DNA of 64,000 nt from Spirogloea muscicola (Eukaryota): contig WELB01000013.1 of NCBI GenBank assembly GCA_009602725.1, positions 126,464 to 190,463 of the forward strand, given 5' to 3'. The translations under genes and the position numbers were made by a program. This document shows, one piece after another, positions 43,568-56,460 of this stretch. Numbering within the stretch: the first letter of the stretch is position 1; the number at the start of each line of letters is the position of its first letter. The notes beneath the pieces were generated by a model that did not search any database, had not been told where the DNA came from, and was given only the letters and a program-made list of their open reading frames with translations.

Positions 43568-45093
43568 NCGGCGGCGGCGGCGGCGGCGGCATGCGGGGCG
43601 CCGCCGGGCCGTGGCAGCTGCAGCGGCAACAGCGCTCGGTCACGCTGGGATCGTTCGACGGTGCCTCGTTCCACTTCGTCGATCCAGACGGAGAGAACGT
43701 CGGCTGCTGATATGTTAAGGGGGCGGCTGTGATAGCCAGCCGAGTGCAGTCAGACGTGGGTCCTGATGGGGGCTGGGCAGGCACACTCACGCTTGGCGGC
43801 AGTGAGCTTGACCAGGCATTACTAGTGCCGTTTCTGAAGGCCTGATTCTGCTGAGACAGTTGTGCTTTCCATGTCGGGGCTTTGCAGCTTAAGCGTACTT
43901 TGTTGTAGAGCCCTCGCCCGTTGTCAAGAGAGCTGTTTCCGCTTTGGACGAGCTGCTTCATCTTTCACAGCCCTTGCACGCTCTGAAAAAGCTTCGTCTC
44001 CTATTACAGCCGTCGTCCCCGTTAGAAGCGCATCTTCTTTCTGTATCACAGCCACCGCCTCCTTCTGGACGAAATTTCTCTCTCTTCCGAGCCTTTCTCT
44101 TGCGGTGGAGTAAAGTGGTGATCCAGGATTTCTGGGTCCGGTGGGCTGCCGGTCAAACACTAGAATGCCCTTTGGATGCTGCCTTCGCCTGAAGGCGAAC
44201 TTCCCAGCTGGTAGACCATCCGCTTGCTGCTCTGGGTGTATATAGGACGGTTGCTTGAGCATCTCTCATACCTGCAGCCTTGCTCTGCTCTCCAGGCACG
44301 AGCAGTTAAGCAAGTAAGAGCATGAGCGTACTGGCAAGCAGCTGACAGTCTTTCCTGCTAGCTTCTGACAGAGTTGCTCGGAACTGTGACCTGAATCTTC
44401 AGGTGCTTTTCTCTAATACTGGATTTTGTCAGTCACTCTTGGGCTGCACTTTCACAGCCATTGCCCCACTTCGATACAAGTCTTTTCTCTGTGTCAGCCT
44501 TCTGCTGCCAAATACCAATAAGAGACAGTGACTCAGGATTTTCCAAGCCAGCTCGAGGTTGCAGCCAAGGACTGGGGCCCAGACTGCAGAAGGACCTCTT
44601 TGTCTGCACCTTATCTTTCTTGTCTGCGACAACTTGGTGGTGGCCGTCAACCAACTGCTCAAGTAAGCACTAGCGGGGGCTCCACCACGCCACTGGGCAC
44701 TCAAATGTTAACAGAGAGCTTGCGGGTGCAAGGCACTCCCGCTTGAGCTTGCCACATTGAGTGCTATATGCTGGGCAGGCACGGTTGTTCCAACTGCCTT
44801 GCTCGCTTGGTAGCCTCTGCCTGCTTGCTCCAGTCCTGGCAGCTTGCAAAGTATGCCGTCTATAGTGGCCTTGCTGACCTGCTTGGCTGGCAATTATTAT
44901 CTGCACTGAGGAGGACTGAAGGGCAGCCAAGGGCAGCAGCAATGGCAGCAATAGCAACTAACCAGAGCTGCACTGCGGGCCTGGACGGGTGGCCGCCGTG
45001 TGCGAGGGTGCTGCAACTCCAGCTGCAACAAGGAGCTATGAAGGCGAGGAGGCAAGGCAGCATCAAGCTGCTGGCAATCTGGAGGCTGCCTTG

Positions 45094-47479
45094 TCAGTGG
45101 CCCTGAGCTTGCCGCCTGAAGGCAACTGTGCACACGCGGCTGCCCTCCGATCCACCAAAGCGGAAACTGGGGTAAGAACGCACAAAGTCTACAAGCTCAA
45201 ATGCTGCTCGACTTGGCATGCTCTGTGTGCCATTTGCTTCCCGCGCCTGCTTGAAGCCTCTCGTGGCCGTGGTGCTTGTTGGGGAGTCTATGTTGCAGAA
45301 CTCCGCAATAAGTTCCTCTTTCGTGAGGTTGCATGATGTGATGACCTGAAGATGCACAAGCTCCACCACCACATCATGCACATATTATGGAGGTCACATC
45401 TTTGACAACACTCAATGCACGCCGAAAAGTAATCTCCAGATAATCTGCTAGTGGCTTCAGCTTATGGACCGCACCAACAAGCCGCCTGGAGCTATAAGCC
45501 TCTCCACGGCCTGCATGTACATTTTCCTGCCATGTGCAACACAAATGTGTGGGTAAGAAGGGCAGATGGTCATTGTGTCTGGCCAAAGCAATGCTGACAC
45601 GATCCAAAATTAACATAGCTGTCTTCAACTCTGTACTAGTGGTATTAACTTTTGTGGCTGGCTTCATATTGCAGACTCAGAACAAGCCCTTGGCATGCTG
45701 GAGGGCCTCAGCTGTAAACGTACTTTCGAGAAGCACCATCTTGATGGAGGCCGACAGCATCAAGCGTGCCCTTATCTGTGACCAGCTCATACTGCCCCTC
45801 CAACCGGCTGTCTAATATATTATCCACCTGCCCACATATCAACATGTTCACATGTCAGACAAATCATGAGCTTCTGATTACTGCAGCGGCTGAAGTGCTT
45901 CCTGCATACCAGACTGCAATTTTCTAGAACTCAGCAAGCCTTCTCAGATGTTTATTAGGCATGAGACACACACAAAGAGGTACATGTACGCGCTCACATG
46001 GAAATTAATGGCATGGTGACCATGCCGTTGTGCTACAGCTCGTGCAAGCTCTATTGCGGCCTCGCTGTAGTCACTACCAGTAAGGTCTTTGAACCTGCAA
46101 CCAGGTTAGCAACGATTCACGCAGCCTATCAGCATCTCATGACAATCATCAGGTACATCAGTGACATGCAAATAGTAGTTGCGACATACAATGGCGGCTT
46201 CAGCTGCATATAGTACACCACACTGTGTCAGGACTTCACCCATGCTTAGAAAGTGCGTGGAGCAGAAGACCATTGCCCGTGCCCAGGTCCAGGACACGCC
46301 AGGCAGCAGCATCCCCAGCTGTAGATCCATGAACCCCTTGCCGTCCTTGGGGAGGGCTGCACGCTGTGACGGACGAAGCGCGGACCTGCTCTGCTGGCAA
46401 TCCGGCAGCTAACGCAGCAGCAACCCTTGTCGTCCATTCAACCATGATCTCCATGACTGACTCCCCAAACCTGTTGCACAAGCACAACTCCTGATCAGCT
46501 GGATTCAGTGAAACAAGCATATCCAGATACATGATGAGCTTTTTGGTGTGCATGACGAGGTCATCGTCCACCTTGCCCTGTGACTGGTCCATTGCTGTCT
46601 TTGAGGAGTCAAATTAGTACCATACTGTCACATCAGAGGAAAATGAACAGATGGAAAGTTGCATGAAGATGAACATTGTCAGCTTCAAGCAGTGGACCTA
46701 AAGAACAGAACTCGATAGGCGACTCACCAAATCTCTCCCGGCTCGCCGCGTTCATGAAAAGTGGCAAGGTCATCAGCATAAACAGCGTCCCAATGGCTCT
46801 GCTGGCCAAGGACAGAGCCATTGCCTGCGTCACGCCCCTCCCCATCCTCCAAACTGCACACATTGCCGCAGCAGCAATGAGGCCACTGCAGCAGCTCCTC
46901 AAGGATGTGCACTACTTGACGAACCCTGGCGAGGGCATTGGTCCATGAGGGTTGCTGCTACTATTTGCTAGCAGGTGCCGCTCAGATGTGACACTCTGAT
47001 GTCACAAATACGACAAGCGCGAATAATGCGACCGCCGCGTCCCGCAGAAAAGAGATCGGTATGCGTCCCGACAGGCTTTGCAACACAAGCACAGGTCTAG
47101 CTGATAAAATGCTGCGACGAAATTGTGTCCGCAGGCCTCAGCTTCATGACCACCACTTGCATTGGACACACGTCGTGCAGCCTTGCTGAACGATTCCGGC
47201 GTGCCGCGGCCCGACGCTTCTGCAGACGGCATACGCGCAGCGCTTGGGGGCCGCGCACCCGTTGTTGTCGTCCTCCACCGTGGCCATGACCTCCATGACC
47301 TCGGCCGTCCGCGTGTCCTCGCCGTCCAGCGTGCTCCCATACTCGCTCTTGACGGACCACGAGTCCGCGGCGATCGAGCGCTCGTCGTCGGAGCCGTGGT
47401 GCTCCTCCCCGTCCGCCGCGGCCGCCGCCGCCGCCCTCTCCCCGTGCTCTCCGTGCACTGCCGTCCGGTACCCCACCAT
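45094..47479 (-). CDS. EFM4: Protein-lysine N-methyltransferase EFM4/METTL10 (EEF1AKMT2)-like
   Basis: Plant-type N-terminus DDERSIAADSWSVKSEYGSTLD, then SVLGQQSHWDAVYADDL...GEIWFG, motif I VLDLGTGNG, TGSDYSEAAIELA, DKGTLDAVGL, VITSCNLTKEEL and YPSFRFGGSEGSRVCTVAF. Confidence 0.92.
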
Positions 47480-47687
47480 CCTTCTCCGCCACTGTTTGCC
47501 GCCGCCTGCGCTCCTTCTGTCTGAAGACGCGCCCGCGCCGCCGCCGCCGCCGGCGCCGCCGCCTCCGCAACCGCTATCTCGCCGCGATTCTCGCCGCGTC
47601 CGGCGCCGCCTCCGGCGGAGGCGGGGAGCGGGGGGGTTGGCGTTGGCCCGGGGGGGTCTGGCCACGGCCGCCCTCCCACTCAAAGAC

Positions 47688-48961
47688 TAAAGAAAGGGGA
47701 AGGGCTCGCCCATTGAGGATAGGGGCTGGAAAAGCCAGCCCAAACAAGAAGGAACAAACGACGAGAAGGGGGCCAGGGGAAGCGCTAAGAAAAACAAGCA
47801 CAACAAGAAACAAAGTCGCTGTGTATTACTCAGTAACAGAAAAACGGCTCGCCCATTCCCGAGCAGCAGGGTCGCTAGTGCAGTTGTACCGCATGCGCTT
47901 GGCCGTCTCGCTGCAGAGGTCTATAGCCCGCGCGCTGCACCTGCGTGCAGGCAGAAGAAGTGCGCGCCCATAGAGAAGAGGGGCTGGCAGAGCCCTCGCT
48001 GCTGCCTCTGGCTCTGGCCAGGGGACCCACTTCTAGGAACCCAGTCTCTCTGACCTGAGGCTGCTTAGCAGAAGTGCGCGCCCATAGAAAAGCCCTGCTT
48101 AGCAGGGCTTACTGAGTGCTTCGAAGCTGCTTCGTTTCTTTTTTGTGCTTGTTGTTCTTAGTGCTTCCCGTGGCCCCTTCTCGTCCTTTGTTCATTCTTT
48201 TTTGGGCTGGCTTTTTCCAGCCCCTATCCTCAATGGGCGAGCCCCTCTCTCATTGAGGATAGGGGCTGGAAAAGCCAGCCCGCAAAAGAAGGAACAAAGT
48301 ACGAGAAGGGGGCCAGGGGAAGCGCTAAGAAAAACAAGCACAACAAGAAACAAAGAAAGAAGTGGCTCTCCCAATGGAGGCAAGGGCTGTGAGAAGCCAG
48401 CCCGAAAAGAATTGACAAGGTTCGAAGGGGCCAAAGTACGAGCTAAGCAGCGACTGCGGGGCCTGAAGAGGCAGGCTATGGCAGAACGGGGGAGGATAGA
48501 CCACTCAGTACTTACGAGTGAGGAGCCTGACATCCGACAGACTAGCTGCCGGAAAACTATCCCCCTGACGAAAGCCGGAGGCCGCAGCGAGAGCACGGCC
48601 AGCACGCAGATGCAAGGCGTGGGCCATGGACCGCTGGAGGGAGACGGACAAGCGCATACGATATACCTGAGCCCACGAGCCAGCGGCGTTGAAGTCAGGT
48701 CAGAGAAAGCTAGGCTCCTGGAAGTGGGTCCCCTGGCATGGGGGATAGTTTACCGGCAGCTAGTCTGTCGGATGTGAGGCTCCTCACTCGTAACTACTAA
48801 GTGGTCCATCCTCCCCCGTTCTGCCATAGCCTCTTCAGGCCCCGCAGTCGCTGCTTAGCTCGTAGTTTGGCCCATTCGTACCTTGTCAATTCTTTTCGGG
48901 CTGGCTTCTCACAGCCCTTGCCCCCATTGGGAGAGCCACTTCTTCTTCCCCTGGCCAGAGC
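47688..48961. mobile_element. Cluster 2 of nested and inverted, 5'-truncated non-LTR retroelement 3' ends
   Basis: Copies lie at 47688-47813 (-), ~47860-48248 (+, encoding AGSLVQLYRMRLAVSLQRSIARALHLRAGR), 48251-48357 (-), ~48356-48672 (-) and 48739-48947 (+). The last is inserted into a minus-strand fragment spanning 48697-48961, with the direct repeat cccctggc at both ends. Confidence 0.8.
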
Positions 48962-49450
48962 AACCCCACCCAGTAACCCCACTCAAAAGCGGGTACCCTT
49001 GACGCCGTCAATTCCGGCATTCCGGGCTTTAAGGATCTCTCCGACGCTCCCTCGCTGCAGCCTGGCGACTTTCCTCCCGCCCCTTGACCGCCGACGCCGC
49101 GGATTTCGGCATCCGAGCATGGCGTGGGCCTCCCGGCCTTCACCTCGAATGAACAAGCTCGAAGTTGTCGAGGGACTACCGCCGGCCCCCATCTTCTGGC
49201 CGCCGAGGCGTGGCCCGCCACGAGGCCGGAGCGACGGAGAGCCTGGGACAGCACAACTCCCCTGTCGGCGATTCAACAATATGTTAGCATACTGTTGCTG
49301 CGAGAGCCCTTCGGCTGGTTTTCCCCGCCATTCGAATACGAACGCGGCCCCGCCGCTGTCGCTGCTAAGGCCGCACCTGCGGCGGCGTCGGCGGCGGCGG
49401 CGGCGGCGGCGGCAGCGGCAGCGGCNGCGGCGGCGGCTGCTGCCGCCGCC

Positions 49451-50375
49451 ATGGCCGCGCCGGCGGGCCCTCCGAAGATTGTGCCGCCGTTCACGCTCGA
49501 GAGCGCCAAGGCCAAGGCACGGCGCCTCTCACGACCTTGTCGTCGGGGAGACCGCCATGCATGGCGCCCCGCGGCGCGCCTGACCGCCAACATCGCCGCC
49601 GCCGCCGCCGCCGCCGGGTACGCAGGTGCAGGCGGCGGAGGACGGGTGGAACTCGCGCGACCCGGAGCGCGTGTGCCTGGCGTACACGCCCGACTCGCAG
49701 TGGCGCAACCGCGACGAGGTCTTCGAGGGCCGCGAGGCCATCAAGGCCTTCCTGCGCCGCAAGTGGGCCGCGGAGCTGGACTACCGCCTCACCAAGTGGC
49801 TCTTCTGCCACGACGGGCACCGCATTGCCGTGCACTTCCAGTACGAGTTCCATGACGCCAGCGGCCAGTGGTATCGCGCCTATGGCAATGAGGCAAGCGC
49901 TTCCCCATCCAGCGTCCCCAGAGAAGATGAGAGTCATGACATTTCCGCAGGACACTTGGCAACAAAAGTACAGGTGTCAAGCATTCAGCTACGGATTGGC
50001 TCTTACCACTATCAAGCATCCCAGGCTCTTAGCGCCTATGATTGCTGCCGGGGCTACACGATACTGTCCAGCTCATGTCAACATAAGCTTCTGTTGTACA
50101 TGCTGGTGTGTAGCTTTGCAAGTGGCTGCAGAATGTGTCGGCAAGATGCCTGCAGCTCCCACAGTCCGAGCAGCTGTGGCAAAGGTCCACATCACAGTGC
50201 CAACGTTGTCGAGGTCCTGACACCAAGGTGCTGCGGCTGTGCCCCTCTGTGCCAGCACTGGGAGTTTGACGACGAGGGCCTGATGAAGAAGCGGGACATG
50301 AGCGCCAACAATGTGCCAATCACGTTTGCCGAACGCCGCATCAAAGTCGACCAGGCCCCCATCCTGACCCAATAG
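49451..50375 (+). CDS. DUF1348 (SnoaL/NTF2-like) protein, 3 exons, 150 aa
   Basis: Exons 49451-49516, 49626-49892 and 50256-50375 (both introns GC-AG) give [44 protein letters not shown]...[14 protein letters not shown]...[42 protein letters not shown]. Confidence 0.93.
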
Positions 50376-50672
50376 GCTGTCGCCTCCAGCACAGCCCTCC
50401 ACACCAGCCACTGGGACGCACCACACAGCTAGCCGCCTCCTTTGCTGAGGCACTTCTGAGCCAATGAGTGCATCAGTAGCATATCAAAGTGTGAGCTTTT
50501 CTGTTAGTTTTGCTTGTGTAGCTTCAGCAGGCTGGTCACCCAGCCGTTTGATCACCAGCTTGCTCTCTATACACTTCTTGACTCTGTCAATGGCACTGGC
50601 CAAAGCCATGTGAGCCGTGTGCAGCCTGCAGAAGGTGCTCCCTGTACTGCAGTCAATCTGAGTCATCTGATT

Positions 50673-53600
50673 TCAGAATGTTGCAGAGCGATTCCCGCTT
50701 CGCGGGTAGACCTGGCTCCGCTTGCCGGGCTTCAGGCCGGCAGGCATTGCCTCCTCGCGGAACTCCTGCATGGGGTCGAACACCCCACCCTCGGAGGCCT
50801 GGACGGTGATGGCGACGGCAGCAACCCGCCTAGCTGCCTTGCCACGCTTCCTCTCCTGCAGCACTGGAGGTGGCTCGTAAGCCACCTGTCGACCACTGTG
50901 CAGCTCCTTCTGAGCCCCAGTGTAGTCAAAGGGAAGCAATGGAGGACGCCCATCGCCTTGCCGGACAGCAGCGTCATCAGGGGTCCTGGCCACTGGCGCC
51001 TCCTTCCTCCTCTTCTTCACTGACTGGCGATGCGCCTCGGCCAGAGAGAGTGGCAGTGCATCACCCTGCCCTTGCAAAGTGCCCACCGGCAGAGTCTGCT
51101 CACCATCAATCTCGGCCAAAAGGCTGAGATCACTGGCAAGGCTGTTGCCACTCGATGCCGCTGCATTGCCGTTCTCTGTTACAGCCGCGCCCTGGTCCAT
51201 GCCAAGCAAGGCAGGTAGTTCCTTGCCTCTTGTTGCAGTGTCCAAGTTTTCCGAGGAGCGACCAGTGGTCACATCTACCTCGCTGTCAACAGTCTCCGGC
51301 AGCCTGGCAAAAGGCAGCCTGAGTGACGACAGAATCTGCCGTGCCCTCCTTGCATCACTGTCCATCTTTGATTCCTTCGCTTGATCCTGCAAAATATGAA
51401 GTTGTTGCACACACTCAGCGCAAATTGCTGCGCATGCTTAAAATGGCTCAAGTCAAATGAAACTTGATTGCTGCTAGTGATATTTCTGCAGATAGATACA
51501 AGAAGTGCAGAGCCAAGGGCTCTGCAGCAACTCCTGCACGTCGCAATGAGGGCACCTACAGCAACGTTGTTACAGAAGGATGTGAAGTAGAAGGACAAGC
51601 AGCTGCTGCTTGTCCTTCTACTTCTACTTCTACAGCTGAGAAGCAGATGCATAAGTGGGACTGGGAAGGTCTTTCAGAACCTACCATGGCAGAGGGAGCA
51701 GCTGCTGGCTGTTCTTGCAGTGAGGCTGCCGCGCTGTCTCTGGCGCTGGCAGCGTGCCCCCCGAGCATGGCGCCGAGGCCATTAGCGCGCCTCCGCACTG
51801 TGACCACGCGGCTGCCTGGTGCCTCCAGGGCCAGGGCCGACTCCTGCGGCTGCTGTCCTACCTCGCCTTGAGGGTGTGATGATGCCGGGGCATTGCCATT
51901 GACGTCCGATGTCGCAGCCCGGGTCTCGAATAGGGGTACAGCACCTTGCCCAGCACGCGCCTCGTTGTCGCCGCAGCTTGAGTCAGCGCTGGCCCCCATC
52001 ACTCTGGCCGCGTTGACGAGCGCCACCGCTGTCTGCACGACCTCAGCCCTTCCAAGCTTCAGTCGTCCAGCGAACATTGATGAGGTGTTTGCCTGCCGGA
52101 CAACCACTGCCGCCCTCTTCCTGCTGAAGCTGGTAGCAGAACGCCCGGTCTCCGCAGTAGGTCCAGCAGCGACTTGGTCCAGAGCAACGACTGTGCCCGC
52201 GTGCGACTGCGAGCTGCAGTTGCTTGCCTCCTGAGGGGCTTCTGAGGTGCTTGCAGGCCTCAACTCGTTGGCGTCACCGGTTACCTGGTGATTCTTGAGC
52301 ATGCTGCCATGATCGTGAGCCATGGCCCTTATTTCGCTCAGCCCTCCACGAGTCGCAGGCTGCTGCTTAGTGGCCCCCAAGACGCCGTCGGGCTGCCTCC
52401 GGCTCAGCAGTGGCGGTGGCGGCACGTGGAGGTGGACGGCCTCCCTGGCCCTGACAATGACCTCAACCACGGCCTGCGCATTCTTGGCGACTAGTGGGAA
52501 GCGTCTCACGCTCTTGAGCAGAGCGTGCACTGACCCCGGCATCTGCTCGGCTGCTCCACTCCAACAGACACAAGTCAATCCTGTGCATCAGTCGATGCAA
52601 TGCAGAACTACTCGCATGTCATTCGAAGTGCCAGTTTCACCTTCAAGGATAGTCCTGTGTGCTTAGCTTGCTCAAGTATGACTGCATGTCAGTAACAGTG
52701 AGTCTGCAACAAGACTGGAGGGCACAAGCCTGTGGCTTCACCGAGGCGGAGAAGCAGGTGGTTGGGGAGCACGTAGCCGGTGCTCTCGTCTTCCTTGCGC
52801 GCCACACCGTCCCGCCACCTGTAGAGGCCCTGTGGGCACCAAAAGCCTCACATTCCATGAACTCACAGCACTTTGTAACGAGCACAGCGGCTCATCTAGA
52901 TCAGACATCCCCGTGCAAGCCAGCTCATTACCCAGTTAACAGGACATCTGTAAGGCTAGAATTGGCCTCCCTTTAAATTTCATGCGCACTGCACGCCTTC
53001 CCTTGCAACGCCTCCGTCAGGTCCTATTGAAGTGGTCCTCAAAATTCCCGCAACTTACAGCTACTATGCATGTACATCAGCAGAAGATAGCAGCAAGTGG
53101 TGGCCATATACGATGGCGAGTCGTACTTACTGCGAGCACTGCGAGCTGCCGTGCATCCAGCTCTGTCTGTTGTGTCCTGCAATGGCAGAGACGAGGTCAA
53201 GCCTGGTCGAGAACAGGGGTGTGCTATCTTGAGATCCTCAGCCCCTAACAGTGTCACAAGAAAAGCCCTGCAGAGAGTGACTGCAGAGTGCAGCTCACTG
53301 GTAGAGCCGCAAGTGGGACGTCTCTGTGAGCAGCTCCTTCTCGTACACCTTGCAGCACAAGGCCTTACTTCGGTTCAGGACCTGCGGAGGAAGTGGATCA
53401 AACGTGTCAGAGGTTTCACCAACGTCCTCCATATCCTGACTTATCAGGAGCAAAAGTGAAAGTACATCTCCTTTCATCGAAGTAGGAGCGGCGCATCTTT
53501 GCATGCCCTTGCTCACCCAGCATAGCTAACATTGTCTCACCTCTAAAAGCAAGGAATGCGAGGAGGCCTCCCCATCCTCAGCCAGCTTGCCTTCTCCATT

Positions 53601-56460
53601 AGCCATGAGCTTAGTATCCTTCTTCAGAAGTGCCTCTTTGAGCATATCGTATATGTGCAGCAAGTAGTGCGTATCCTCTCTTGCGTACCTAAATAGTGCA
53701 CAATGCATCTGTCTCATTACTACTCAGCATCCTCCAAGCATCTACCAATGCTTCCACTTATTTGGGGGTGACTGACCAGGCTCATTTTTGTGACAAAAAG
53801 GTCTTGATTCAAGTATTGTACAATGCTTATCGTCGATATGTGCACACTGCGTTTGATGTTCTGGTCAGTGACGTATGAATTGCAGTCAGCTACTTGCTGA
53901 TCAAGAGCAGGTGATCATGGGGCAATTAACTATGTCTCAATCACATCATCAGGAGGAAAGGACATGCCAGATTCAGGAGCAAAAATGCAGGTGTAATGTG
54001 CAGGTGCAGCTCACTTCAGCATGTCTGCAGGAAGCGGCCGGAGCCTCCAGTCAGCCAATTGATACCTAACAGTTGGCAAACACAATCATCTCCTTCAACC
54101 ATGTGCTCCAACTTGTCCACAAGCAACTCTCATAAGTGAAGAGTATAAAACCTATAGAGAACATCAACTGTTAAGTCACGATGAAAGCATTGGCCTCGTT
54201 GAGTAGTGCAGGTCCGTAGGTGGCTTATGCTACGCGCTTCAGAGTCAAACATGGAAGAGGAACAGGATGACAGTGAAGATGGACAGAACTCTGACGACGG
54301 GTTGGGGCAAACCGCTTGTCGGCCTGGACACCGCAGTATTCTGACAGCAAAGAGGCCAGCCCGTGCCCATCACGCTGCAGCACCCTGGAGGCCTGCAAAC
54401 GCACGCCCTCTTATTATTACTCACTGGGGAAAGACCTCTCGTTTGAGCTTGGCTTTGAAGTCTCTTCCATCGTGCCACGAGTAACAACACAAACGCTTGA
54501 CCTGCACAAGGACATGAGCCTCTCCTTTCCCCGGTTTGGTTGTTGGCAGGCATCCACATTTGAAGGCACATCCATAGCCCAATTGGCATACAGACCTGGC
54601 CAGTGTCAAAGAGGTTGAGGATATATATGCCAAAATCGCGCTGGAGCCACATCACGTCCCTATCTGCGCCGTGCAGCACCTACATCAGAGCCTTGGATGC
54701 CACTTGGCAAAGTCAGTGCCATGTTGACCAAGGTCTCTGAACCTTAATAGCGTTATGCGTAGACCAAGCCTGAAGTGCAGACCTTACAACCAGCTTGCGG
54801 GCTGCAGGAGGGCATTGTCATGCTTCTAATATTAGGCTTCAACAATGTATCCACAGTAGTTGGATTTAAGGCGTGGAGGAGTCATATTTTGTCAGAAGAT
54901 CAAATTCAACAACCATTTAATCACAAAGTGTTGAGCACTTGGGCATTTGCCTGACTGCTAAGGCTGCTGGCAGCCTCTTGTCTATCACTCGTACAGCAAG
55001 GGTACGTCGCCAAGGCTCTGACCTTGAGCACGGCGGGGTTAGCGAAGATTGGGCCAAGGGCCTCGCCGATGTGACTGCGCAGGACGAGCACGTCGACTAC
55101 AAAGTCCTCTGTGCGCGTCGACAGCTGCATGACGCAGGTGAAGCCCTGGAAGCTGCGGTAGTGGTGGTTTTCGAGGTCGACCTGTGCCAACAGCAAAGCC
55201 TCCACGCACTTCAGAATTAGATTGAAGTAGCTCGAATTGCTTGATAGGATCCACTCAAAGGCAGTTCACCTACAATCTGCAGAATGTCAGTGAAGTCACT
55301 GTCCTGTCTTTTATAGATCCTTGAGAGCCCCCTTACCGCGATTTCCCTGCATTTAAGGAGGGAGGTGACAACAACCGCCAGCTGCTCCGGCGTCTCCACA
55401 AGCATGAACGGTGTGTCGTCCAGCGCTGGCGCCGGCTGTGGTGCCGCTGGCGCCAGCTGCCAGCTGGGGTGCCGCAAGTCACGCAGCTGGTCCTGCCGCC
55501 GTCAAAGGCTGTCCATGAGTGCTCGGATGCCTTGTGACAAGTAGTTGTACCTAAGAGCTGCCACAATCAGCACAAGGCCATTGTGCTGAACTCTAGAGCC
55601 TGAACCTTAATTACATCAGGCCTTGTAACCTGGTCTTATCCCTCACTGTCGCTGTTTCCCCTTGGCCATGCTCCTGTCTAAACTCGAAAGCCTCGTCAAG
55701 TGCCATTTGCCAGCAGATGTTGCTAAGTTCTGCTTGGGTTCAGCATACCTCCAGAGGATGCGTGCGGCTGCTGGTTGTGGCTGCTGCATTGGCGTTGTCG
55801 ACGCCATCCTTGAAGCGTGCTTGCGGCCGGGGCAACGTGGGCATGTGGAATGGAACCCTTCTCACGTGGGTGGAGGTGGGCACTGCGGCGGCCGGCAAGG
55901 CCGCCGACGATGACGGCCGCTGGCCCCGCGCCTCGTCGAGCGCGGCGTCCACGCGCTCCATCAGGCCGTCCTGCACGTCCACAAGCCACTCCGCGGCGTC
56001 GTCGGCGTCGGCGCCGGCTGGCCACAAGGGCAGCGCCGCCGCGCCGCCGCTGCCGCCGCCCCCGAAGGTCGCCAGCAGGGCCTCGGAGCGGGCAGCGAGA
56101 GCTTCGACGCGCCCAGCAAAGGCCCGGAAGCTGGCGTAATAGTGGAAGTCATCGTCCTCGGGCAGGCCCTCGGCTGCGGCCGTGGCCGCCTCCACCGCGC
56201 TCGCCAGCGGCCCCTGCCATGCACCGCCAACCCCATCAATAGCGTCCATTACATGGGCAGCAGCGAGCAGGCCATGGCTGCCAACATGCACGGCGGCAGC
56301 AGCAGCAGCGGCAGCAGCCTCTTCAAGTAGAGCCCCAAGCGGCGGCGGCGCTTGGCGGCAGCGTGCTCGCCTCGAAGTCCTCGAAGAAGCTGCGGGCTTC
56401 GCTTGGCGGTACCGGGCCGCCACCGCCGCCGCCGCCAGCGCCATCGTCGGGGCCTGCCAT
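50673..56460 (-). CDS. RRP6L: RRP6-like exosome-associated DEDD 3'-5' exonuclease with HRDC domain
   Basis: [104 protein letters not shown], the HRDC motif [19 protein letters not shown] and C-terminal SGNRSATF. The best first exon is 56460-56371 with a GC donor. Confidence 0.95.

Noticed and set aside
48461..48580. Possible hammerhead ribozyme cores (CTGAAGA, CTGACGA) in the repeat
   Set aside because: No properly closed stem II followed by GAAA and no stem I/III pairing was found. The motifs lie antisense to the element ORF and UTR.
47688..48961. CRISPR-like or MITE/DNA-transposon interpretation of the repeats
   Set aside because: There is no regular repeat-spacer periodicity, no cas genes and no paired terminal inverted repeats. 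Conserved ORF ends, tails and 5' truncation fit retroposition better.
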